From Batkoa obscura (Eukaryota), in contig JASVEC010000010.1 of NCBI GenBank assembly GCA_030770535.1, positions 682,001-746,000 of the forward strand: a stretch of 64,000 bases of DNA. Reading direction: 5' to 3'. The notes beneath the pieces are model-generated. The model did no database searches and had not been told where the DNA came from. It was given only the letters and a program-made list of their open reading frames with translations. Shown piece by piece: positions 51,538 through 64,000 of the stretch. Every line of letters starts with the position of its first letter. Within the stretch, counting starts at the first letter, position 1. Both the position numbers and the translations under genes were made by a program.

Positions 51538-52328
51538 ATTTAAAAGTGAATAAGTGTTAGCTATAAGTTAAATGGAAATAAATAGGATATTCTGAGTCAC
51601 TTTTTTTGAATTTTTGAGGTTATTAAGATGGTTTAGTAAATGTTTAAAATAATGCTTGCTGAATTGATAATTACATTTAAATTTGATTTTATTATATAAG
51701 TATATTTCATACCGTATTTTTTAAAGAATTCATATAGTAATTCAACTAACTGTTTTAGTATGTAGTAATTTAAGCATATTCTATAGAATATTTTAGTTAT
51801 TAAAGCATATAAAAACTCAAATCATTTAAGTTGTAGTAATAAATTGATATAAAAACTTAAACCCATTTTTTGTAGTCTTGTTTTTTTGTTATGACCTCTT
51901 TGAAAATAAACTTGATATTAATTGAATAAGAAAATTTGTACTTATTATTTTTACTTAGTAAACTACTAATTTTATTTTCAATATTCATACTACTATTTAG
52001 TTATTTTAGTTAATTTTAAGTTTTCAAAGCTTATTTAAAAATTAAATTTAATGATTTACTTTCATTAATCGCCTAATTGTATCAATATCCCCGTTTTTGT
52101 TCTTTTTTTTGTTCCTTCTTAAACTCTCATTATTTATTTTACTTATATCTTTTGTTACTTTCACTAATAAAATACTACAAAGTTTTTGGTTTCAAGATTT
52201 TAAAAAAGGTGATTTAATTTCAATAACACAAAATTATTCTTTTAGTAAAATTATAAGAGTTATTAATGAAGGTTTAATACGTTTGATTTATCACTCTAAA
52301 ATAAATGATTAAAGTGTAAAATGTAAAA

Positions 52329-53250
52329 ATGAAGTATGATCTTTTTTTAATATTTCTGCTACTGTTCTTTATTTTTTCATTATATAATTCAGTTGAATTT
52401 TCACCAAGAGAGGATCGTGACGGATGTATAATAGTTGAAAATAAATTATATTATTTAGATGGAGTTTAACTTTTAAATCTGAATTGTATAAAAAATAGTA
52501 GTGAGGCATTTCAATTATATTTAGAAAAAGGATTTAAGTTAGTCAATAATATCATACTATCGAAAAGAAAAAAGTCGATTGATCCACTAAAGGAGATGAC
52601 AAATAGAAACCCATTTAATAGAAAATACAAATAAAGCAATAATGAGTTTTTATAATACTTACAGTATAACTTTGTTAGACTTTAATTATTATGATATGGG
52701 GATGTTTTTTAGTTTCATTATTTTTCCATTTTTTAAGCGCTGTTTAAGTGGAAAGATTGTTAGTAAAATTCTTAAACACTAAAAACACCCCCATATTAAT
52801 AAAACTGGATGAGATAATGAATGTTGGATTAAGGATTTGTTTGATGAAAAAGATATTAAAATTATGAGTAATACATATACAATTTGTGTTCAGTTATTTT
52901 TCAAGTTGCTACAAACTCAATGAGTTTCATATAACTGATAGTATGTTTTTTGATATAAAAAAGTTTCACCACTCCAATTAGGTCTACTCAATCTTGAAAC
53001 AAAAGAGGCAAAAAAAATGCCCGGTTTTGTTAATAACAGCGATATTATCCTTGCTTTATTTGCTAAAAATAACAATCATGGAATATTAATACTAGTATTA
53101 TTGGAGGAATCGTAGTGACTATATTATTAATAGTTATAATATTGATATTCTAAAAATGTAAACAAAAAGAAGAAAGAGCACCAAGTTTTATTAGATTCGA
53201 TTTTTATTGAGAGAACTAATCTATTAGATTTTAGTTTTGTAAAAAAACAA
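52329..53250 (+). pseudogene. Decayed type I membrane, kelch-like protein gene
   Basis: Signal peptide plus PREDRDGCIIVENKLYYLDGV-stop at 52329; TM segment NTSIIGGIVVTILLIVIILIF-stop-KCKQK at 53088; MITE inserted between. End is approximate. Confidence 0.45.
52698..52792 (-). mobile_element. GGGG-MITE copy inside the putative pseudogene
   Basis: ATAT flanks. Confidence 0.88.
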
Positions 53251-53912
53251 ATATAAGATGCTAAAGCTGGTAAATAAAACATATAGTAGTTTTCGTTTTA
53301 TTATAGTTAAGTTTGATGGCAGTTAAGAGAAGCAGTGTAATATTTGTGGGGAATTAATGGTTGATTTTATAAAATAAAATATAAAAATAAAATAAAAAGC
53401 TAAATCAATGTATGAATAATTTTTATTTATAGTAGTAAAGTACTATATATAATACTGTTTGAAATAAAAGTTATAGTAGGGTCATAATTAACTTTTATAT
53501 TGTTTTATCTTTAATTTGATTATAAAATTTATAAATTTACATAAAAGCATTTTAAAAATAGTGTAAAGTTTCGATATAATTTTTTTCTGAGCCAATTTTA
53601 GCAAAATGGACTTCCTTTTATAATTAAAAAAGTGTTAATAAAAAAAACAATCAAGGAGTTTGAAAAGCCTAGAAAAACAGTCTGTAAATAAAGACTACGG
53701 TTGGGGTTTATATAAAGTTTAATATTCAATTAGCTGAAACGGGATAATCAGTTTTCACTCACTTTTAACCTAGTTATTACCTAAAAAGGGGTCCTTTATC
53801 AAAAGCAATAAAACCCCCCAAAAAGGTCCCTAATATCCTTGACTATGATCCATAAATTAATCAAAACTTCTATGGTGTACTTTATTTATTATTTAATATA
53901 TAACTAACATGA

Positions 53913-54012
53913 GGGAATGTTTTTTTTTGGCTTCATTACTTTTTCCCTCTTTTAAGCACTATTTGAGTGGAAAAATTGCTAGTAAAATTCTTAAATATAA
54001 AAATACATCCCC
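53913..54012 (-). mobile_element. GGGG-MITE copy
   Basis: Full length; flanks ATGA/ATAA. Confidence 0.88.
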
Positions 54013-54215
54013 ATAATTAAAACATAAAGGAACTGTCAAAATTTGATTTAAGCTATTATTATTTTATAACTAATACCATTTTTAAAACACATTAATAATG
54101 ATTATTAAAACTATAACATTCTATAAAATAGTTTTGTTTGTTTATCAGCTTAACACTCTTTTTTATTAATCATTCATGAGAAAGTGCTATTTATCCCTTT
54201 CTCAATAGCTTTAGC

Positions 54216-55125
<910 letters not shown>

Positions 55126-55315
55126 TTTAGTGAATTAAGGTTATTTAAAAAATAAAAAATAGTCACTAATCATTGAAGAACTCATTCGCTCACAAAATTC
55201 TGATTTTGAAAAGCCAATGAGATTCCAAGTTCAAAATTAAAGTTCAAAATTCCATTCTAATCAAAAAGATTTGGTATTATATATATCTTGAATTTCAATA
55301 AAATTAATAATTGTA

Positions 55316-55782
55316 ATGACAGAAGGTAAACTTCTAATCTTATCAACCTCAAAATAACAAAAAGAAATCTCACTAGTTATTTCTTCTCCTTTCAGCTGAT
55401 AAATCGGTAGGAAACGCTGTCCAAGGTTCCAAATTATTTAAAAAATTATGTAGTCAATGTCATAGTATAATCAAAGTAGATAAAAAACAACTTTATAGAA
55501 TCTTGTTTTATCTTTAACTTCATTTTTTTGTAGAACTCCGGTCACAAAGCAGGACCTAATTTATATGGTGTCATTGGAAGAAAAAGCGGTACAACCAAAG
55601 GTTATTTATATACAAAAGCAAACAAAGATGCAAGTATATTATGGGATGAAGAGAATTTAAATGAATACTTGAAAAATCCAGTCAAATATATACCAGGTAC
55701 TAAAATGATATTCACAGGTATTAGAAAAGAAGTGGATAGGAAAGATATTATTGAGTTTATTAAAAAAGTTAGTGAAGAGTGA
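55316..55782 (+). CDS. CYC1: Cytochrome c, divergent, three exons
   Basis: [14 protein letters not shown] (CXXCH), [32 protein letters not shown] (axial Met). Confidence 0.92.
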
Positions 55783-55966
55783 ATAATTATAATAAACTAA
55801 AGATTAGAGTTAGAAAAGCTATTGAATTTAATCTGATTTTAAATTCTGTTTCTTTATTAAAATCAAGAAAGCATAAATAAAAAAGTTAATTGCTATATCA
55901 TTATTATTTAAAAAAATAATTGAAAAAAAATAGTTTTTATGTTTCAAAAGGAAATACTATTTTGGC

Positions 55967-57981
55967 TTATTTCCAAACCTAAATAAACATTTAGGTTACT
56001 ATTTTTTATAATATCTTCTAAAAACTCTTACCTTAATTGTCCTATCGGCACAGCCTGAAAATAACTTGTCATCTCCGACAACTAGGGAATGTACAAATCC
56101 TTTATGACCATATAGCGTCATATCACATCGATTCATCCTAGGTTCCCATCTTTTGATAGTATGATCAAAAGAACCAGAAAATAATTTTCCTTTACAATAA
56201 ACTACCTGCCAAACTTCCCAGTCATGTCCCTTCAATGTTGTTATTAATTTTTTATCACTCATAGAATAGACTAAGATAGAAGCATCGTAGGTTGAAGCAA
56301 ACAATAATTCCTGATCATCACTTATTGTTACATCTAATATTTCATTATCGTTACTAATAATAGTATCAACACATGTTGAAGTGGAAATGTCCCAAATCTA
56401 ATTAATATGTTATTATATAATTGATATATTATTGCATTAATAAATATAGCTTACTTTGATAGTTTTATCACTTGAACCTGTAGCTAATTTATTATTTCTT
56501 AAAGCAACAATTGAATTTACATTGTCTTGATGTCCAATTAACGTAGCTTGTAAATTTAAACTTCTTGGATCCCAAATTTTAACTGTTTTATCACTTGAAC
56601 CTGAAAATAATTTTCCAAATCGACATAATAAAGAATAAACTTTGCCTAATTTAAATTAAAATAACAATACATTTATAATTATAGACTCCTATATATACAT
56701 TTTATTTAATTTAGATTAATTAACTTACCCTGATGTTGATCCAATACTTTGCTTGGATTATAACTTCTTTCCCCTTCTTTATAATCCCAAGCTTTAATTA
56801 ATTTATCCGATGAAGCTGTAAAAAATCGCTTTTCATCTTGAAATACAGTTAATCCCCAAACGGATGTAGAATGAGTATTATATTCCCAAATAATTTGATT
56901 TTGATTATTAGTATCATATATTTTAGTACTACCGTCATGAGAGCCTGAAAATAATAAACCGTTGGAATAGGCTAATGAGGTTACCCCACTTGTATGACCA
57001 GTTATATTTTGTTCTAATTTAATATCATTGTGAGGGAATAAAGGCTATTTGTATTGAGATAAAATTAATAAAATAGTGGATTTATTTATTCATTCGTTAT
57101 TATATTACCTGATCAATTAATTCATCTTCTATCATATTATGCTTGGAGCTTGAAGCTCCATTATTAATCTCGACTATTTTTTTACTCACTCCATTAACAC
57201 TTCCATTTTGGTTTTTATTTGACAGTATCAATTTGACTTTTTCCAACTCTCTGTTTTGCTCCTAAAAAATCAATTTATTAAAACTTTTATCCATATTCTC
57301 TAAATACAAAAGCTCTTTACCAAAACTTTCTCTTCCAATCCTTTAATTCTATTTTCCATTACTTTAATAAATGGAAGCATCTTTTGTATTTCACAATTTC
57401 TCAAATGTTCTTCTTTTTCTTTTAATGTACCATGAAATTCACAACCATATATTTTATTTGGACATTCTATTGGTGTATACAAACAACTTTTGATATGTGC
57501 TTTATAACCATCTAAACGTATTTTTTGAGTACATCCGTACATTTGATTTTTACAATAAACTAATAATTCATTAATTAAAGAAGCAAGTGCGAGGTTGGGA
57601 TGTAAATCTGAAAAAACAATAATATTAGTTTTGGTTTTTTATGGTTTTTTTAAATAATTTATTTCAATTGAAAATTGGAATGAAGATTAAGTATTACTTA
57701 CCTTCACTTTTTAATCGACATCGACATAATGGACAAAATGGTTCAATATTAATTGATTGATAAATACATTTTGCACAATAAGAATGATGGCATCGATGGG
57801 TTATTAAAGGTTCATGACATATATCTCGGCAACTGATAAATATTAAATTTTTATTAATTTTAACTTAGAATTAAGTTGAAGTGAAATCAACTTACACTGG
57901 ACATAATAGAGAATTCGAAGGTTGATTGACAAATTTTAAAGTTTCAATATCTGAGTCTTCTATTGTGAGCTCAAAATCCAT
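55967..57981 (-). CDS. TRAF7-like E3 ligase: RING, TRAF-type zinc fingers, coiled coil, WD40 propeller; multi-exon
   Basis: LLCPV-CRDICHEP...CHHSYCAKC...CPLCR; NLALASLINELLVYC; CPNKIYGC; multiple GH...LFSGSxDxTxKIWD repeats; ends VWK-TAA. Confidence 0.85.
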
Positions 57982-58255
57982 TCTCCTTTTCTGTTTTTTT
58001 AATATAATATTTATATTTAGTTGAATTTCAATAATTTCAAAATGAATAAAATTCAATACTTTAAAATTCACAATATTTATCCAGTTTTTTTAATTTAAAT
58101 TTTCGAACTTAATTCTCGATCAGATTTTGAATTTTAGAGAATTATTACTAATCATTAAAAATCAAAATTTCACCTCAAAAACATCAAAACTTCATAACTA
58201 AACATAAAACTTTTTTATTTCCTGCCAAAAAAACTACTTCATCTTTTCCAATCTC

Positions 58256-61200
58256 CTACCCAAGCGTAGCTCTTTTTCCAATTTTCGCTGGATCCCCACC
58301 TTTACCGAATTGAAACTCATCATAACTAAAAGTATATTATTAATAAAAATCTTTCAAATTATTATCAATTAAAAGGTAAACTTACATTGCTTGTAGCCTA
58401 AGAATTTCATTATATGGTAATGATGTATTTGTTTCTCCCATTGCTTTAGATAAATGTTTCCATTCAATTATTATTTTTTCTCCACTTCCTTTCTTTTCTT
58501 GATTTATATCCTCATTGACTTTACCATTTACTTCTTCATTTGAATGATTATTTATCGCATTCCCTTTCTTTTTCATTAAGATTTTAACTCTTCCTTTTAA
58601 CTTGTCCATCTCAGCCAATGTCAATGTATTCTCTTTACTCCCCTTAGCCATCTTAGCTACAAACAACTCACTTTCATTGTCTTCTTTATTCCCATTCTCT
58701 TCTTTCCCCATCATGTAGTTTTTACCTTCTAGTGACTCATGAACTGCCTCTAAATGTGAACTATACAACAAAGCTTGTAAATCGGCACCTGTAAAATTAT
58801 CGCATTTTTCAGCTACCATTTCCAATTTTTCATTACATTCATCAGATAAATGAAATTTATTAGCATGGGCTTTAAGGATCATCCAACGATCATACTTTGT
58901 TGGTAAATGACATAATAGTGATTTATCTAATCTACCGGGTCTTAATAATGCTGGATCAATTAAATCGGGCCTTGAAGTTGCTGCTAATACATAAACACCA
59001 TCTAGGCCTTCTGCTCCATCCATTTGCGTTAATAATTGATTGACTACTCTGTCCGTTACACCTGTGGAATCATGACCTCTTCGCGGTGCTATAGCCTCAA
59101 ATTCATCAAAGAACAATACACATGGTTTAGCTGCTTGTGCTCGTTGAAATAAATCTCGAACTGATTGTTCAGACGCCCCAATGTATTTATTTAATATCTC
59201 GGGTCCTTTTACAGTAATGAAATTTAAATGACATTCTTTAGCTATTGCACTAGCTAACATCGTTTTACCGCATCCTGGAAAACCATACAGTAATAATCCT
59301 GATCGTAAACGTAAGGGACAGTTAGTAAATATTGCTTGATATTTAATTGGCCATTCTAAGGTCTCTCTTAATACTTTACGCGTTTCTTCTAAACCCCCAA
59401 TGTCTGTCCATCGCACTGTACTACTTTGTAATTTCACGCCTCTTAAAGATACTGGTATATAATCTTCTTGAGCTGTTTTAAAATCGTCATCATTGATTAA
59501 TAGTATTGTCTTTTCGTTAGTTTCTTGCTCTGTTTTTACTATTCCATTGACTTTTTTATTGTCCTCGTTATGAACAGTAGATTTCATTTGTTTATTTTCA
59601 TGCTCTTTTGATATTATTGGTTCATTTATTTCATGGTTGTCAATTTTACCTGTAAGCTGACGAATAGCTGAATGATGGACTGCTCTTTCTGTCAAAGTGA
59701 CTAAATCTGCTGGTAGGTAGCCTTCAGTTGAACTAGCAATAGCCATTAAATCAATCTGTGGTAAACTATTTTTAACAGAATCAATATTACTACTACTCAT
59801 TATAGCTTCTAGTATCTAAACAAATAAATAAAATGAAACAACATTATAATAATATTAGACAAATAAATACATAACTTACTTTTTGTCTTTCTAATTTACC
59901 AGGTGGTTTAATATGAATAGTATTAGTAAATACATGACATTGTAATAATAATGGATGAATAGATTGAGACTGTTGAGCTGTAGCAATAGTAGTAACTTTT
60001 GGATAAATTTTACGAAAATGTAAGATTAAATTCGTTAAACATTCTGCTAATTGTTTATATCTAAAAGAATCCATATGTTCCATTTCAGCTGGTATTAAAG
60101 TATCTAAATTATCCATAAATAATACACTTGGAGAATACCATGCTGCTTCATAAAATTGTAATTTTATCTTTTCAATAACATTGGAGACTCTTTCGTTAAT
60201 TAATGTACTACATTCTAAATTAACACATTTTATTAATGTATTTTTGTTGATTCCAATTTGATGTTTAATTGTTTTCAATAAGGATGTTTTTCCACTTCCT
60301 TTTGATCCACAAATTAACACACCAATTGATTTATGATTAATCATAGTTAATTGTTGATAATAAGGCGAAATAGAACATCGAATTAATCCAAACAAGTCAT
60401 TAATTATATTATCAAATGACCCTAATTTATCAGGTAAATTATTATATTCCTTCATTAATGAATGCTCTTTTTTAAATAAATTAGCTGGTATAAATAAAGC
60501 TGTTGTATCTTCTACTATCGTTAATTCAAGCCATTTCTTCACTTTCATATAGCTAAAATAAATGGCTGTCATTTCATAAATACCAAGATCAATTTGTATT
60601 ATTAAATTATGCTTTATCTTATTATTCGTTTTATTAGGTAATGATATCATCATACCATGTGTCAATACAAGCTCACTTTCACCTTCATTATTCTTTAGTT
60701 TTAACCATTCTTCATAAGTAATGCTATTATACAATTATATAATTATTATATTATTAATTACCTAAAAAACAAGTTGTAATCCAGGTGCTAGAATTTATAG
60801 CTGTAACATTTGATTTCATGAATGAAGGTAAATAATCGACTTTTTTTCTAATTTTTAAACAAAGTCAACAAACACAATACATTATTATAACAAACTTACT
60901 TATTCTCATTATTATTTCCAGATTCTGGAAAGATAGCTCTGATTTTTAATTGTCTAGGTAAAATAGGTTCATTCAATTCAAATGATAGTAGTAATCTTGA
61001 AAATAAATTGGCATTTAAATTCAATCCAATTTGATCGGATACTATGACATGTCCTTTCGGCAATGTTGAATCCCATTGAATTGTTACAATTAAGCTATTA
61101 TTTGTAAATTTCATCAAGCTACTCACTTTTGCATGTGTATCATTAGTTGTAGTTGGATTATTATTTTTGTTGCTATTGATATTATTGGCGGTGACATTAG

Positions 61201-62195
61201 GGTTGTTGGTATTATTTTGTTTTTGATTTACTTTGCTATCTTCTTCAGAAAAATCTGTTCTATTTATTAAAGCAACTTTGCCTAAGTTTGGGAACTCATT
61301 AAATTGGATATTTTGTTTTAACCCTTCTTCAATATTTAGTATTGAATTAGGGTTGACTACAATTGTAAGTTGATTTCTTAATTTAATATCATCAAATTGT
61401 TTATCGGTAACAATTCTTAGTATTTTATTTGGAAATTTAATATCTTTCTTCTTTATATCTTCTTTTAAATCTTCTTTTTTTTGTAACGGTTGAACGTAAA
61501 TTTCACTATTTTCAGATAAGGATATAAACTCTTTCTCAGGTTTAATAGTTACTAATATAAAATAGTGTTAGTTTAAGCCATAGTTATTATTATTTTTAAT
61601 TCCTTACCTACTTTAACCTTAATAATAATACCCCTTACCCATAATGGTATCACTTGATCTTTTTTAACCACCCTACATTGATTTAAAAATTCTAGCTCCA
61701 ATACGCCAGCGTTCAATTGCTAAATAAAAATTAAGATTTTTAATCTTACTAATATCTTAATAAACCTATTACCAAAACCTCCCAATCTTCAATTGAATTT
61801 GGTATAACTTCAACAGATTCTGCTTTGACTGCTTTAGCCATCACTTTGATTTTAACTTTATCATTTGAGCTTAAATTACAACATTCTGCAAAGTTGGTAT
61901 CAATTAATATATATTCGTCTTCCGTTCCAAATGTTTTTGTACTTAATCCACTCCATGAAACATATATTTTTTCTTCCAAGTTTTGACTAGTAATCCATTT
62001 TAACTCAAATACTAAATCATTCTGATTCTAAATTGAGAATTTTAGTCAGTAAATAGATGATAAATGTTTATGGTAGCTTATTAAAACCCCTCTATTTACC
62101 TTATGATTTTCCAGTGCATTAGAGATACTTTTGGGTACTTGAATTGAGCCATTTTTTAACTGACCTAGTCTTAAACTATATTTTTTTTCTACCAT
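58256..62195 (-). CDS. PEX1: Peroxisomal AAA ATPase PEX1, multi-exon
   Basis: N-domain VEVIPNSIEDWEVL; D1 GSKGSGKT; D2 CPLRLRSGLLLYGFPGCGKT, RGHDSTGVTDRVVNQ; C-terminus IGKRATLG-TAG. Confidence 0.97.
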
Positions 62196-62861
62196 TACTA
62201 TTTTTATTAATATTAAAAAAAAAAAATTAATTTGTTAATGCTCTTTTCATTAAAAAATCACTTGATTTTTAAACCCAATCTAAATAATTTTAGTGGCTGA
62301 AATTTCGGAATTGTGAGCTGGCTATTTTTGAAGTTTGAAATGAAGAAATAAAATGTGTAAGATATAAATGTAATATGTGGTAGGTGGGATAGAGATAGAA
62401 GTAAAGTTGAATTTATATTTATATTATGATTTTATTGAGCTTTTATTGTTATGTGTATGAGTAAGAGTTCCTAAAATCCAAATTTAAAATTATTAATTTT
62501 TTACAAAAAATAAAATAAAGAAGCGTTTTAATTAAACAATATTTAAATAATATAAACTATTTTCACAAAACTAATATGAAAAGACTAAATTATACAATGC
62601 TATAAAAGCTATCTAAAGCATTTCAATTTGTTCATATATTAACTGAGTTTTTTAGAATATACAAAGGTTTTTTTTCATTAGATTTTCATTTTTTTTAACA
62701 AAAGCTAAGTTGTTAGCAAATTATTGAGATAACAAAAAATATTATAATGATAATAAGACTGATCTTTATGAATTATAAAGGCTTAATTATTAACATAGAT
62801 ACTATCTTCAATTTTTTATAAGTTATGATTCTTTTTTCTTTAGCTTGAAAAATAAGAATTA

Positions 62862-62959
62862 GGGGATGTATTTTTTATTTAAGAATTTTACTAACAATAT
62901 TTCCACTCAAGTAGCACTTAAAAAATGGAAAAGTAATGAAATCGAAAAAAAACGGCCCC
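62862..62959 (+). mobile_element. GGGG-MITE copy with ATTA target duplication
   Basis: ATTA at 62858-62861 and 62960-62963. Confidence 0.9.
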
Positions 62960-63757
62960 ATTAAATATTTCAAATAAATGAAAATTATTTTAAAAATCCT
63001 TTCAACAAAAATGATACTAGAAACTAGGAACTATTTAAATAGCAACGATTTTATGGCTTATTGTTTTAATACCGATATATGTATATGTAGTAATAATGCC
63101 ATCGTTATTTTAAGTAACTTCAGCCTATACAATAAAATCAATAAGTATTATTATTATATGAAATATCGCTTTGTCAGTCCCATGGTTAATTATAGCATAA
63201 CAATCGCCTAAGCTGTTGTGTTCTCGAGTTCGGAGAAAATCAATCCCATGTTCTTATTTTGATTTGTTATGAGAATTTCTAACTTTATCCCAAATAATAT
63301 TATCCTCTCCTTTTGATATCCATACTTGTCGGAGTGTAAAGAGATTTTAGAATATAGTAATTTGAGGCTTTTTAACTGAATTATTTCTTGATATCTCGTA
63401 CATTTAATAAAGCCACTAAGTTTTCTTAATAATATTTTACGTAGATTTTACAATAGTATTGTCTATTCTATTTGTCTTACATAGTCTATAGCCTATTACG
63501 TGCTATTCTTCATGATTCAAGTCTATCTTAGTCACACAATCTAAGACCTTTCAACTTACAGTATAGTCAACCAGGCAATAGCTGTTATTGACTTTAATCA
63601 CTGAGTATCAGATTTCATATATATTATTTTTATAAATTTCTTAAATAAAAACTTTTTAAATATTAAATCAATCAAGCAGCCTTTCCCATATGCTAAATCA
63701 TGATTTGATATTTCAGATAAATAATTGAAGTAAGCGAAGTTTATTATGTTACTATAT

Positions 63758-64000
63758 AGGGATGTATTTTTGTATTTAGGGATTTTACTAAGAATTTTTC
63801 CGCTCAAATAGGGATTAAAAGATTTTTTATTTTTGTTTTATTTTTATTTTGTTTTTTGTTATTATATTTATTTTATTTCGAAATAACTTTTTTTTAACTA
63901 TATGGGGATGCATTTTTGCTGTGTTTTTTAAATTATTTAGTATATGGGGATGTATTTTTGTGTTTAAGAAATTTGCTAAGAAATTTTCCACTTAAATAGC
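63758..64000 (+). mobile_element. Three partial GGGG-MITE copies (63758-63823, 63904-63927, 63946-window end)
   Basis: Each begins ATAT-(G/A)GGGATG(T/C)ATTTTTG. Confidence 0.8.

Noticed and set aside
63160..63420. Coding-like composition on the minus strand
   Set aside because: Interrupted frames with no recognisable homology.

Overview
AT-rich eukaryotic DNA with short GT-AG introns (about 45-90 nt). It is fungal (Zn2Cys6 factor, ARG5,6 fusion, SUN protein) and probably from an early-diverging lineage; Entomophthorales-like is an impression only. Conserved genes recognised by eye: Zn2Cys6 TF, ATG4, a Nup160/Nup120-like nucleoporin, ARG5,6, a SUN-family protein, a DUF4097-like membrane protein, Maf, a rhomboid, a Cys-rich GPI-type protein, SAH1, a RanBP2-type zinc-finger protein, a non-catalytic SOD-fold protein, SmG, SIW14, a divergent cytochrome c, a TRAF7-like RING-WD40 protein and PEX1. 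Three systems are invisible or unexplained in the ORF track. (1) A 17-kb cluster (21.6-38.7 kb) of seven intronless secreted proteins with Kex2/Ste13-type sites and (Gly-Leu/Val)n repeats; it shows gene conversion, and two copies have an in-frame TGA that hides a family-type C-terminus. (2) A non-coding spliced host gene at about 35.9-37.0 kb with five box C/D snoRNAs, one per intron, including a 2-nt micro-exon. (3) At least 25 copies of a ~98-bp MITE with GGGG...CCCC ends, 4-bp target duplications and an internal intron-like segment; two copies are reciprocal perfect fold-backs that turn at the same TACTAAC site. All family assignments and rRNA targets come from motif recognition and recalled sequences; no searches were run. 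Multi-exon coordinates are hand-derived.
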